Below are positions 26,480 to 39,316 of a stretch of 64,000 bases of DNA, piece after piece. The stretch covers positions 10,044,001 through 10,108,000 of the forward strand of contig OX597814.1 of assembly GCA_951406725.2 (NCBI GenBank), given 5' to 3'. The stretch's first letter is position 1; every line of letters starts with the position of its first letter. The DNA comes from Octopus vulgaris (Eukaryota). Made by a program: the position numbers and the translations under genes. The notes beneath the pieces are model-generated. The model had not been told where the DNA came from. It saw only the letters and a list, made by a program, of their open reading frames with translations, and made no database searches.

Positions 26480-26536
<57 letters not shown>

Positions 26537-26782
26537 TGCATATATATGTATATATAGGTATACATATGCATACATATATATATATATATAGATACATACA
26601 CACACACATACACACACACACTCACACACATATATATATAAGTTATATATGAGCGTTTGTGTATCTATGTATATATATGTATATATATGTGTGTGTGTGA
26701 ATATATAAGTATATGTATGTTCATATTTATATATATATATATATTTATGTATGTATATATATATATATATATATACACACAC

Positions 26783-26821
<39 letters not shown>

Positions 26822-27090
26822 TATGCATATGTATATAAGTATATATGTGTATGCGTGTGTGTTAGTGTGTATGTAAAAAAAGATTGATAAATAAGTGGTG
26901 ATTTTAACAGAGGTTGTAGAGTATCAGAGAAAATACTTCGCGTTATTTGTTCCAGTTGGGTGCACACCAATTCGATTTTCCCTCCGGTGAAAGTTTCCTC
27001 TATCGGGGTCGATGAATAAAGTACAGATAAATAAACAGATCGATGTTTTACTCTCTGGCTATCAGTCTGTCTTTCTGTCTTCCCGTCTCT

Positions 27091-27128
<38 letters not shown>

Positions 27129-27139
27129 CAATTTACCCT

Positions 27140-27178
<39 letters not shown>

Positions 27179-27881
27179 CTCTTTCTTTCTTTCCTTCCTT
27201 CCTTCCTTCTTTCTTTCTTTCGTTCTTTCTTTGTTTCTCTACTCTCACTCACTCACTCACTCACTCACTCACTCACTCAGTCACTCACTCACTCACTCAC
27301 TCACTCACTCACTCATTCACTCACTCACTCACTCTCTCACTCACTCACTCAGTCTCTCCCTCTCTCTCTCTCTATCTCTCATTCTCTCTCTCTCTTTCAT
27401 TCCTCTAGTTTGTTACTTAAATGAACGAGCTGCAGCCAGTACTGGTGGGAGAGGCGTTACAGGGTTTAAATGGCTTAAACCCCACAGTATCCATCAAGAA
27501 TTTCAAGGCCAAAGAGCAAAACACACACACACACACACACACAAAGACAGAGAGTGAGAGGGAGTCATTCCCTCTTTAACTATGCATGTATATAAACATA
27601 TACTTACATAGATACATATATACATATAAATGTATGTGTGTGTGCGTGTTTGTGTGTCTGTGTGTTTGTGCATTTATATATATATATTTTTATTTACAAG
27701 TATATATATATACACACACACACATATATATATATATATAAGTATATATATATATATATGTATATTTAGATGTGTACATGTATGTGTATATAAAAAAAAG
27801 CAATATACTGATGTATACTTACACACAAGCACACACACACACATATATGTATACATATATATATATAAGAATGCATATATG

Positions 27882-27929
<48 letters not shown>

Positions 27930-28248
27930 GTCATATATGCATACATATTCATGTATATAGATATGTGTGTGTGCGTGCGCGTGTGTATGTGTATTTTTAT
28001 ACCTGTACCTGCATTTGTGATGTTTTTTTTTAATTTACAAGTGATGATCTCTGCATATACATATGATGCTGTACTCCTAAATACGTGCAAAAATTTTTCC
28101 CCCATCCGATAAATCTACTTCGTCATTTCCAAATTCAACATTTCAACGGGGCTTACATATACACAACGCACATATACACAAACAACAAATCTAAAGGCTC
28201 AGACACGCACGCGCGTGCTCTCCCACCGTCTCGCTATCACACATATAG

Positions 28249-28279
<31 letters not shown>

Positions 28280-28703
28280 TACATATACATGCTAGAAGAT
28301 ACAGGCACATAGCGGCACACACAGATTCGGCACACACGGAATATGACGTTTATACATATATAGATACATTCATACATACATAAATACATACATAGATAAA
28401 TGCATACATACATACATACATACATACATACATACATACACACATACATACACACATACATACAAACATACATACACACATACATACACACATACATACA
28501 TGCATGTATACATACATACAGTCATACATTCATGTGTATATCTTTTCGCTATATGTACATACATACATATATATATATATTATATATATATATATACATG
28601 TACACACACACACACAAATGTACATTGATATACTTCAAATAAGTACATGCACTCAAACATGCTAACACGCGCACGTTTATGCAGCTATGTTGTAAATATA
28701 CAC

Positions 28704-28743
<40 letters not shown>

Positions 28744-28805
28744 GTATGTATACATATATATGTATATACATATGCATGGATATATATACCTATATACATA
28801 TATAA

Positions 28806-28853
<48 letters not shown>

Positions 28854-29015
28854 AATTCCATCTGGCATGTATGTATAATGCCCTCTATATATAAATTAAT
28901 ATGTTCAATAAGAAATAATTTATTTTCGAAATTTTTTGTCTTATGAGGTTTTCACGCTATCTACTTGGTGTAATTGATAATTTCCCTAATTAATTAATTT
29001 CACCCTTTATTATTA

Positions 29016-29060
<45 letters not shown>

Positions 29061-29137
29061 GCGTGTATGTGTGTGTATGTATGTATATGTATATATGTAT
29101 AGAGAAACAGGTAAATAGATAGATAAATAACACTCTC

Positions 29138-29186
<49 letters not shown>

Positions 29187-29965
29187 AACTATCTATCAGA
29201 AATGATAGTGCATCGGATTAGGATTTGTCACGTTCTTTATTCCGGTACTCTGCAAAGGGTGTTCACATCGCCTTAACTTCATCTTTACATTTCAGCCTGT
29301 TGAGGTAGTCTGTAGTCTTTCTCAGACACTTTCATCCCTCCCCACTGGCTCTCTCCTTCTCTTTCTCACCTGGTCTCTCTATCTGTCTGTGTGTCTGTCT
29401 GTCTGTCTCTGTGTGTATCTGTCTGTCTGTCTGTGTCTCTCTTATCCAAGTCTATCGCTCTCTTTTTCTTAAGAGTAAATTACGGCGTTCAACCTGTAGA
29501 TATGGTTAGGCGCGACAGGTATAACATAACTCAAGACACGCTGTATATCACCATGTACACAAATAGGTACATCTGTATTTGCGTGTATATATGCATACAT
29601 ACATACACACACACATACATACGTACACACACATACATACACATACATACGAGCACACACACATACACATATATACACATATGTGTGTGTGTTTATTTAT
29701 CTATGTATGAATGCACATACGTGTGTATGTATACGTATGTATGTATGTATGTATGTATGTATGTATGTATGTATGTATGTATGCATGTATGTATGTATGC
29801 GTGTGTGTATATAGTTTGAGACATGGAGGTGTAGACATATACTTCATTATATCTGTCCCTCTACGCATGTAGATGTATATAAATGTGCGAGTTTGTGTAC
29901 GTTGTACATATATTCATAACTTTATATAAGAGCTACTCATCCGTTCACACACACGTGCACGCACG

Positions 29966-30001
<36 letters not shown>

Positions 30002-30307
30002 TACACTCTCACACAAACAGACACAAACACATATACATACACACATATTTATATATATACGTGTTGGTATGTAGATATATTCAATTGTGCGTGTGTGTAC
30101 ATATATTTATGCTTATATACGGGAGATTGTACCTTTATAACTATACATAGATATGTGTGTGTGTGTGTGTGTGTGTGTGCGCGTGTGTGTGTGTGTGGGG
30201 GCGTGTGTGAGCGCGTATGTATAAATATATATATGAATGTATACATGCATATTTATGTGTATATCCATTTATTGGAAACTCACTTTATCTATCTAACAAT
30301 CAATCAG

Positions 30308-30370
<63 letters not shown>

Positions 30371-30634
30371 GTCTGTCTGTTTGTCTGTCTGTCTGGCTCG
30401 TTGACTCGCTGGCTGTCTGCCTGTCTATACACGTATGTATATATTTAAACATAAATATACATATTTAAGGTGTTGCTCCAGCAAAGTCGCAGGCAAATGA
30501 CTGAATTGCATAAAAGAGTCAAAGAATAAACAATATATATATATATGCATGCGTGTATACGCATATATATTTATATATATGCATACATACACACATCTAT
30601 ACATACATACATCTATACATACATATATATATAC

Positions 30635-30722
<88 letters not shown>

Positions 30723-30725
<3 letters not shown>

Positions 30726-30864
30726 AGAGTAAACACATAAATGTGAAACAAGGTGGAAAAAAGAGTACTCAAATACCAGTGGTAGAGTAATATGCTTTAC
30801 TTAAAGCACCAGAAAATTCAACAAAACCTGTTACTCTGAGTTTCACGTTGCCGTTCGTCGGACA

Positions 30865-30866
<2 letters not shown>
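30723..30866 (-). mobile_element. Penelope-like terminal fragment with hammerhead motif (copy 1)
   Basis: ~143-bp block flanked by (TA)n on both sides, repeated at 32063; minus 30828-30865 reads ctgt CCGACGA acg-gcaa-cgt GAAA ctc-a-gag TA acag. Confidence 0.7.
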
Positions 30867-30923
<57 letters not shown>

Positions 30924-31219
30924 CACACACATATTTGTGCGCATTTGTGTGTACACTCGCATGTGCTTGTGCGGGTGTTGCATTTGCACAAATATATATT
31001 TGAATGAAACTACCCCATACATTTGTATGCAGTGCTCTAAAATGCCCACGCGACACCGCTGGTCTACGCCAGTGGAAGGATGTCATTGTTTGTACATTTG
31101 TATTTAGAATCGTTTAAATGTGTTAATGCGTATAATCAAGTGTCTCTATGACTATCACGCTGTATTTCGCAGCCGAGTATATCTATGTATACATACATAC
31201 ATGTGTATAATTACATATA

Positions 31220-31302
<83 letters not shown>

Positions 31303-31369
31303 ATACACATATACATATATGCATGTGTATAAATGTTTATATATGCATGTATGTATAAATATATATATC

Positions 31370-31421
<52 letters not shown>

Positions 31422-31841
31422 CATATATGCATACTCATACACATGCACACGCGCACACATGCGCTCACATACACATACACAGTGAGTAGCAGATAATTTA
31501 TATATATGTATATATATATCTATATATATGTATATGTAGCAACCCCAAAGACACTCAAATCCCATATATAGAATTACAAAACCCCAAATCCTAAGATCTG
31601 TTGGATAATGAATGCGAGAAAGTTCTCCAGAAAAGTTAAACAAGGAATTTATAAAAAAAATCTTCCCAACCCAAGTTAACAACGAACTTACTAGATCTAC
31701 GAACTACAGGGTAAAATTTATATTATTAAAAAAATAAAAAGATAAAAAATTAAACTTAGAACTACCAGTGGACTCATTGTTTTCCTATTTTCAATCATAC
31801 CCAACTGTACCAGTGATCTCACACATTTCTCAGATATATAT

Positions 31842-31929
<88 letters not shown>

Positions 31930-31990
31930 ATGTGTGTGTGTATATACATGTATATACATACATAAATATATGTATATATATATATATACG

Positions 31991-32062
<72 letters not shown>

Positions 32063-32066
<4 letters not shown>

Positions 32067-32303
32067 GGAGTAAACACATAAATGTGAAACAAGGTGGAAA
32101 AAAGAGTACTCAAATACCAGTGGTAGAGTAATATGCTTTATTTTAAGCAGCAGAAAATTCAACAAAATCTGTTACTCTGAGTTTCTCGTTGCAACGTTCA
32201 TCAGACAGTTTTTGCTAGAATCTAACAAAAACTGTCTGATGAACGGCAACGAGAAACTCAGAGTAACAGATTTTGTTGAATTTTCTGCTGCTTAAAATAA
32301 AGT
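32063..32303. mobile_element. Penelope-like terminal fragment (copy 2) folded into an ~83-bp-arm inverted repeat
   Basis: 32136-32219 is the reverse complement of 32221-32302 (one mismatch, one 2-nt indel); flanked by (TA)n. Confidence 0.8.
32232..32269 (+). ncRNA. Minimal type-I hammerhead ribozyme motif
   Basis: ctgt CTGATGA acg-gcaa-cga GAAA ctc-a-gag TA acag: canonical core, GNRA-capped stem II (closing pair mismatched), near-palindromic stem III, GUA site; mirror copy on minus in the left arm. Confidence 0.75.
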
Positions 32304-32824
32304 ATATATATATATATATATATATAAATATAAATTTGTCCAAAGTACCACGCACTAGGATTGAACCTGGAAACATACATTTAGGCAATATCTTCTTATA
32401 ACACATTCCAGGCCTGCACCTATAAATATATAGCACACATACAGATTATATTTGTATCTTCATAGATATATATAAATATGAATATTCGCTTGGCGGCTAA
32501 TGAGAGAAGTTCACTGGTCATTAAGCAATTTCTGTTGTTCCGTCGATGTCACATTCACAGTTGTAGTCGCTCCATTATCAATGATAACTCATTAATTATT
32601 ACTTTGTGCTATTTATTTGTTATCCTTATACTAATTATGGGGAAGGATGTTGTAAGTTTATATATTAGGAATATAATATTATGTAGATATATACAATGTA
32701 TACATACATGCCTGCAGCCATCCAAGATACATGCATACATGTATACATACATACAAACAAACAAACAAACAAACATACATACTTACATACATTCATACAT
32801 ACATACATACACACATACATGCAT

Positions 32825-33052
32825 ACATACATACATGCATACATACATACATACATACATACATACATACATACATACATACATACATACATACATACAT
32901 ACATACATACATACATACATACATACATACATACACACATACATACATACATACATACATACATACATACATACATACATACATACAAACATACATACAT
33001 ACATACATACATACATACATACATACATACATACATACATACATACATACAT
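32825..33052. repeat. (CATA)n microsatellite
   Basis: Direct reading. Confidence 0.95.
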
Positions 33053-33257
33053 AGATGAACACTTATATATATATTTCTGGATGTGTATACAGGCATATAC
33101 TTTTAAAATTATATTTGTCTCTCTATTTGTATGTCACTGTTTATGTATGTTTATGTAAAAAGGTGGTGCTGCAGCATGGCCTAAATCAAATGGGTGAAAC
33201 AAATAAAAGAATAAAAGTATGTGTGACTGTGTGTGTGTGCGTGTGTCTGGGTATGAA

Positions 33258-33302
<45 letters not shown>

Positions 33303-33318
33303 CATGTATGTATGTATG

Positions 33319-33380
<62 letters not shown>

Positions 33381-33507
33381 CATACATATATACATGTATA
33401 TGCAAAGGCACACACATTTATATGTATGTAAATACATATATATATATATAATCGGCATTAAATTAAGAGAAAATGTATATATATATATATATATATATAT
33501 ATGTTTG

Positions 33508-33546
<39 letters not shown>

Positions 33547-33983
33547 ACTTAGATATAACTTAGATATGTTTCGACCAAAGATTGGTCCAGGCCATGTCTA
33601 TATATATAAATATGTATATATGTTATATGTGTGTGTGTGTGTAAGTATATAATAATGCATAAAAACACATGTTTAAAATAATATTCATGGATATATACAC
33701 ATCTACATGTCTAAGTGGATATGAATGTATGAATGAATGAATGAATGAATGAATGAATGAATGAATGAATGAATGAATAGATGGATAGAAAGACGGATGG
33801 AGGGATGCTGGTGTTTACATCTATCTTTACTTATATGCACAGAACAGAAGGAATGAAATGAGAAAATTATATACGCATTTATCTCATATGAAAGAACTTC
33901 ATGCAGATATCAACACTCATATTTCGCATAGACAGTCATAAAACGTTTATGCATATATAGAAAATGCGCAAGCTGACACACGC

Positions 33984-34103
<120 letters not shown>

Positions 34104-34251
34104 ATATATATATATATATAAGCAATTAAGGGTTTAGCAACGAATATCACCACACACCGAATTTAGAAATAGCAGTCAAAGAGTTATAGCTACATATATA
34201 CATATACATGTATACACATATATATATACATACATATTGCATATATATGTA

Positions 34252-34290
<39 letters not shown>

Positions 34291-34293
<3 letters not shown>

Positions 34294-34708
34294 CGCAGGA
34301 GTGGCTGTGTGGTAAGTAGCTTGTTTACCAACCACATGGTTTCGGTTTCAGTCCCACTGCGTGGCATCTTGGGCAAATGTCTTCTGCTATAGCCCCGGGC
34401 CGACCAATGCCTTGTGAGTGGATTTGGTAGACGGAAACTGAAAGAAGCCAGTCGTATATATGTATATATATATATATATACGTATGTGTGTGTATATGTT
34501 TGTATGTTTGTCCCCCTAGCATTGCTTGACAACCGATGCTGGTGTGTTTACGTCCGCGTCACAATAGCGGTTCGGCAAAAAGAGACCGATAGACTAAGTA
34601 CTGGGTTTACTAAGAATAAGTCCCGGGGTCGAGTTGGTCGATTAAAAAGGCGGTGCTCCAGCATGGCCGCAGTCAAAATGACTGAAACAAGTAAAAGAGT
34701 AAAAGAGT
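34291..34708 (+). mobile_element. SINE family B, full length
   Basis: aggcgcaggagtggctgtgtggtaag...cttgggcaaatgtctt...(TA)n(TG)n...ggcggtgctccagcatggccgcagtcaaaatgactgaaac (aaagagt) tail. Confidence 0.9.
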
Positions 34709-34918
34709 ATATATATATATATGATATTTGTATTTAAGATATATGTGTGGAAGGTGTTGGCGCATCTTTTAGGCTCAGAATTAGTGTATTTTCATGTGTG
34801 TGTGTGTGAATGTATATCTATACATATGCGTATAGATATGTGAGTGTGTGTGTGTGTGTGTGTGTGCGTGTTCTCGTGAGTGTTTGTGAGTATGAGCACA
34901 TACGTATAGATATACATT

Positions 34919-34959
<41 letters not shown>

Positions 34960-35034
34960 GTATACATAGATATATGTATGTGAGTGTATGTATATATAAT
35001 TTATGTATACATTCATTGTAAGTATATATAGTTG

Positions 35035-35087
<53 letters not shown>

Positions 35088-35250
35088 GTGCCAACTTGTT
35101 CCTATATTCATATGCATAGATATGTTCATACATAAATATGCATACATCTAAAAATACATACATTTGTTTGTGTGTGCGTGTATGTGTGTGTTTGTATTTG
35201 CGAGTGTCTGTGTGTATGTAAACATATATACATTAGTATGTCTACATGTA

Positions 35251-35327
<77 letters not shown>

Positions 35328-35429
35328 CTTATATATATTTATGCACACACACATATACATATATATCTGTATGTGTGTGTATGTGTATGTGTCTGTGTGT
35401 CTGTGTGTTTGTGTGTTTCTCTGTTAATC

Positions 35430-35630
35430 CTCTCCCCCAGCGTCGCCTGACAACCGCTATTGGTGTGTCTACGTCCCCGTAAGATAAGCGGTTCAGCAAA
35501 AGAGAGCGAGAGAATAAGTACTCAGGCTGACAAAGAAGAAGTCCTGGGAGCGTTTTGCTCGACTAAAAGCTGTGCTCAAGCATTGCCGCAGTCAAATGAC
35601 TGAAACATGTTAAACAATAAAAAAATAAAC
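35430..35630 (+). mobile_element. SINE family B, 3' half
   Basis: gacaaccgctattggtgtgtctacgtccccg...gccgcagtcaaatgactgaaac. Confidence 0.75.
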
Positions 35631-35678
35631 GTACATATATATATTACATCGATAGATTGATATATATATAAATGTATA

Positions 35679-35720
<42 letters not shown>

Positions 35721-36001
35721 GAGAGAGAGAGAGAGAGAGAGAGGGTACTTTAGAAAGCTTGACATTATAGTTAATGGATCGATATATCCAAGTATTGGTG
35801 CAAGTTATTACAAAATATATTGTAAAAGTATTTGACATAATATATAATACATATTGCAAGCATATATATAAACGTGGGTGTATCTTCCGAAAACAGTACA
35901 TATTCGAATATTAACTTTCAAGAATGCATATGCATATTATTATATTATTCTGTATTGAGACGTGTGTTTGATATGTGTATGTGTATACATATATATGTAT
36001 G

Positions 36002-36069
<68 letters not shown>

Positions 36070-36144
36070 CATATATCTATTATTTTTATATATGCATACA
36101 TATATATATATATATACATACATATGCATATATATTTATGTATT

Positions 36145-36176
<32 letters not shown>

Positions 36177-36235
36177 TATATGCGTGTGTACATATATATA
36201 TGCGTGTGTGTGTGTGTGTTATATAAAATTACACC

Positions 36236-36454
36236 ACAAAACCAAGGCTGTGTGGAATTTAGAGGACATTTATAAAGAGAAAGGTTCTCTTATAGCTGTT
36301 TATGGGATTTTAGGGATATCCCTTCATCGGAGACGATATGAGGAAATAGTCGTTAACGCTCTGATGAAGGGATATCCCTAATATCCCAGAAACAGCTGTA
36401 AGACTACCCTTCTCTTTATAAATATCCTATAAATTCCTCATAGCCTTGGTTTTG
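36236..36454. mobile_element. Inverted-repeat Penelope-like terminus with a hammerhead motif in each arm
   Basis: caaaaccaaggct...cccttcatcggagac (36236-36335) mirrors ctctgatgaaggg...agccttggttttg (36357-36454). Confidence 0.7.
36357..36404 (+). ncRNA. Minimal type-I hammerhead ribozyme motif (second family)
   Basis: cgct CTGATGA a gggatat-cccta-atatccc a GAAA cagctg TA agac; 7-bp stem II, palindromic ACAGCTGT stem III; the mirror arm gives gtct for stem I. Confidence 0.7.
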
Positions 36455-36459
36455 TTGTA

Positions 36460-36870
36460 GTGTGGTAAGAAGCTTACTTCCCAACCACATGGTTCCAGGT
36501 TCAGTCTCACTGCGTGGCACCTTGGGCAAGTGTCTTCTGCTGTAGCCTCGGACCGACAAAAGCCTTGTGAGTGGATTTGGTAGACCGAAAGTGAAAGAAC
36601 CGCGTTGTGTATATATATATATATAGATAGATAGATATTTGTATATATGTGTGTCTGTGTGTGTATGTCTGTTTGAACCCCCGCCATCACTTCACAATCG
36701 ATGTTGCTGTGCTTACATCTCCGTAATCTAGTGTTTTGTCAAAAGAGACCGATAGAATAAGTAATAGGCTTACAAAGAATAAATCGTGGGGTCGATTTCT
36801 TGGACTAAATGCGGTTCACTAGCATGGTCGCAGTCAAATGACAGAAACGGGTGAAAGTGTAAAAGAGTAT
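36460..36870 (+). mobile_element. SINE family B
   Basis: gtgtggtaagaagc...ccttgggcaagtgtcttc...agcatggtcgcagtcaaatgacagaaac. Confidence 0.85.
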
Positions 36871-37427
36871 ACATAAATATTTGTTTATACATACATAATT
36901 GCATGTTTATGTCCATATTGATGTCTTTTATTGTATTTATATATGTATATAAGTATGTATGTTTTTATATGTATATCTATATATCATTTCTGAAAGCACT
37001 TTGATATCAAGTTTCGTACGCTTCTGGCAGATATCTAACCCCTCAGGCTCCGACATAATTCTTCCATCTTTATAGATTGTCAGGGAACCCGGAATAGTTT
37101 CATTTACACTTAGTATTAAAATGATATAACAAGTATATTTTAGTAATAACACTTTTCTTGTCAGGTTAAAAAAAAAATATGTATGCAAATATAATAGACG
37201 TATGCGCGGTCACACACTCTTATACTTACATATATACAAATACACATATGTACATTATGTATGTGTGTATTGGTATATATCTATACATAAGTAAATATGC
37301 ATACATATTTACGTATGTATTTATCTTTATGTCTATTTACCCATCTAACTAATAATTTACCTATCTATCTATTTTTCTATCTATCTATCTGTCTGTCTGT
37401 CTGTCTGTCTGTCTAAGTATGTGTGTG

Positions 37428-37810
37428 AAACTTTGGCATTCAAAGTTACCCCAACCGCAGAACGGGGCGCCACTGCATGGTACCAAACATTCCAACATCA
37501 CCATCAAAATACAGGACCAGATACTGCAACAGCTTGGGTTTCAGAGGACCACAGCTCTTTAACATCCTCCCTAAAGGCCTGAGAGACTTGCATGGTGTGG
37601 ATGTGGGTTTCTTTAAAACTAAACTGGATCTCTTCTTGTTGGGAGTCCCAGATGAACCTACTTCACGACAGGAGACGCAGATGCGGGCTGCAGCATCGAA
37701 CTCCCTTGTTGATCAAGTGCCACGTATCAGAGGTGGATTCACATATAAGTGTAGCTCATTCAGAAGTGGTGCCCCAGCATGGCATGGCCGCGGCCTTCGG
37801 GCTAAAACAT
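37428..37810 (+). mobile_element. 5'-truncated CR1-like LINE 3' end (related subfamily to 39314-42430)
   Basis: SLGFRGPQLFNILPKGLRDL...FKTKLDLFL..VPDEP, homologous to 42040-42330; tail ggtgccccagcatgg...gcggccttcgggctaaaac. Confidence 0.85.
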
Positions 37811-37826
37811 TTTTAAGGATTTAAGG

Positions 37827-37956
<130 letters not shown>

Positions 37957-38111
37957 ATACAAACTGGGACAAGAACGCAAAAAATTTAGAAGACGATACA
38001 AAAATCATGGACGCGATATTCGAAGCCTTCAATCTTCAGTCAAGAACCGGATCCTCCTTGCAATTTCGGCTGATTAATCTATATATATACGCTTATATAT
38101 AATACATATCA

Positions 38112-38430
38112 TCTATATATATAACACTGAGAATGTGTGTGTCTCTCTCTGTGTGTCTGGCTATTTGTATGTATGTGTGCATCATTAAAATTCGAGACCT
38201 AACCAACCGATTTTTTTCTAACTTTACACATGTCCTATTCAGGGTCCATGCAGTGTCATGCACCCCCTCCAATTCAACTTCTTGCTTAATGAAAGCCCGG
38301 AGTAATATCTTATCTCTTACATTACTTCAGTATTGCGTGTCAAAAGTAAAACAACAACATCCCTATTGTAATGTGCGATAATACTTTCATTTTTAATAGT
38401 TTCATTATTAGTACTAAAATTATTATCTCA
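38112..38430 (+). mobile_element. Helitron-like non-autonomous 5' fragment
   Basis: a|TCTATATATATAA start followed by tgtgtgtgtctc and ccgattttttt; no 3' CTAG recognised. Confidence 0.4.
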
Positions 38431-38459
38431 CATATATATATACATGCATGCATATATAT

Positions 38460-38519
<60 letters not shown>

Positions 38520-39014
38520 TCATGTATATATGTATTTTATATATATATATATACATGTATATATATAGAGATTTATATGCATGTATATGTATAAATGTAA
38601 ATACAGGTATATATACGTGTATATATGTTTATATATGTATCTCTATGTACATATATATATATATATATATATCTGTATATGTATGTATATATGTATTTAT
38701 GTCTATATATATATATTTATGTATATTTATGTATTTATAAACATATATGTATGAATGTATATATGTGTATATATATTTATATGAGTGTAAATTTATATAT
38801 GTATGTATATATATGTATATATCCATGTATAAGTATAGCTGTATATGTATAGATATATAAGTATATATATATACATATAGATGTATATATATAGATCATA
38901 GGATCGATTTTTCGATTAAAAGCGATGCTCCAGCAGGGCCGCTGTCGAATGACTGAAAGAAGTAAAAGAATAAAAGAAATATATATATATATATACATGT
39001 ATGTATGTATATAT

Positions 39015-39076
<62 letters not shown>

Positions 39077-39147
39077 AATATTAGGGAATAAATCCAAATT
39101 TACAGGGAAAAATCAGATTTAGGATTGAATCCAATTTTATAGTAAAA

Positions 39148-39273
39148 TATAATATAATATTAATTAGAGACAAAACCACTATTATGCAAATGAAACAAAG
39201 AAAGACTTAATCCGATACATAAAAAATTTTAGATAAATTTGTTTGATTTGCATAATAGTGATTTTGTCTCCAA

Positions 39274-39285
<12 letters not shown>
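39148..39285. repeat. Inverted repeat, ~48-bp arms, between (TA)n tracts
   Basis: ttaattagagacaaaaccactattatgcaaatgaaacaaa ... tttgtttgatttgcataatagtgattttgtctccaattaa. Confidence 0.75.
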
Positions 39286-39313
<28 letters not shown>

Positions 39314-39316
<3 letters not shown>

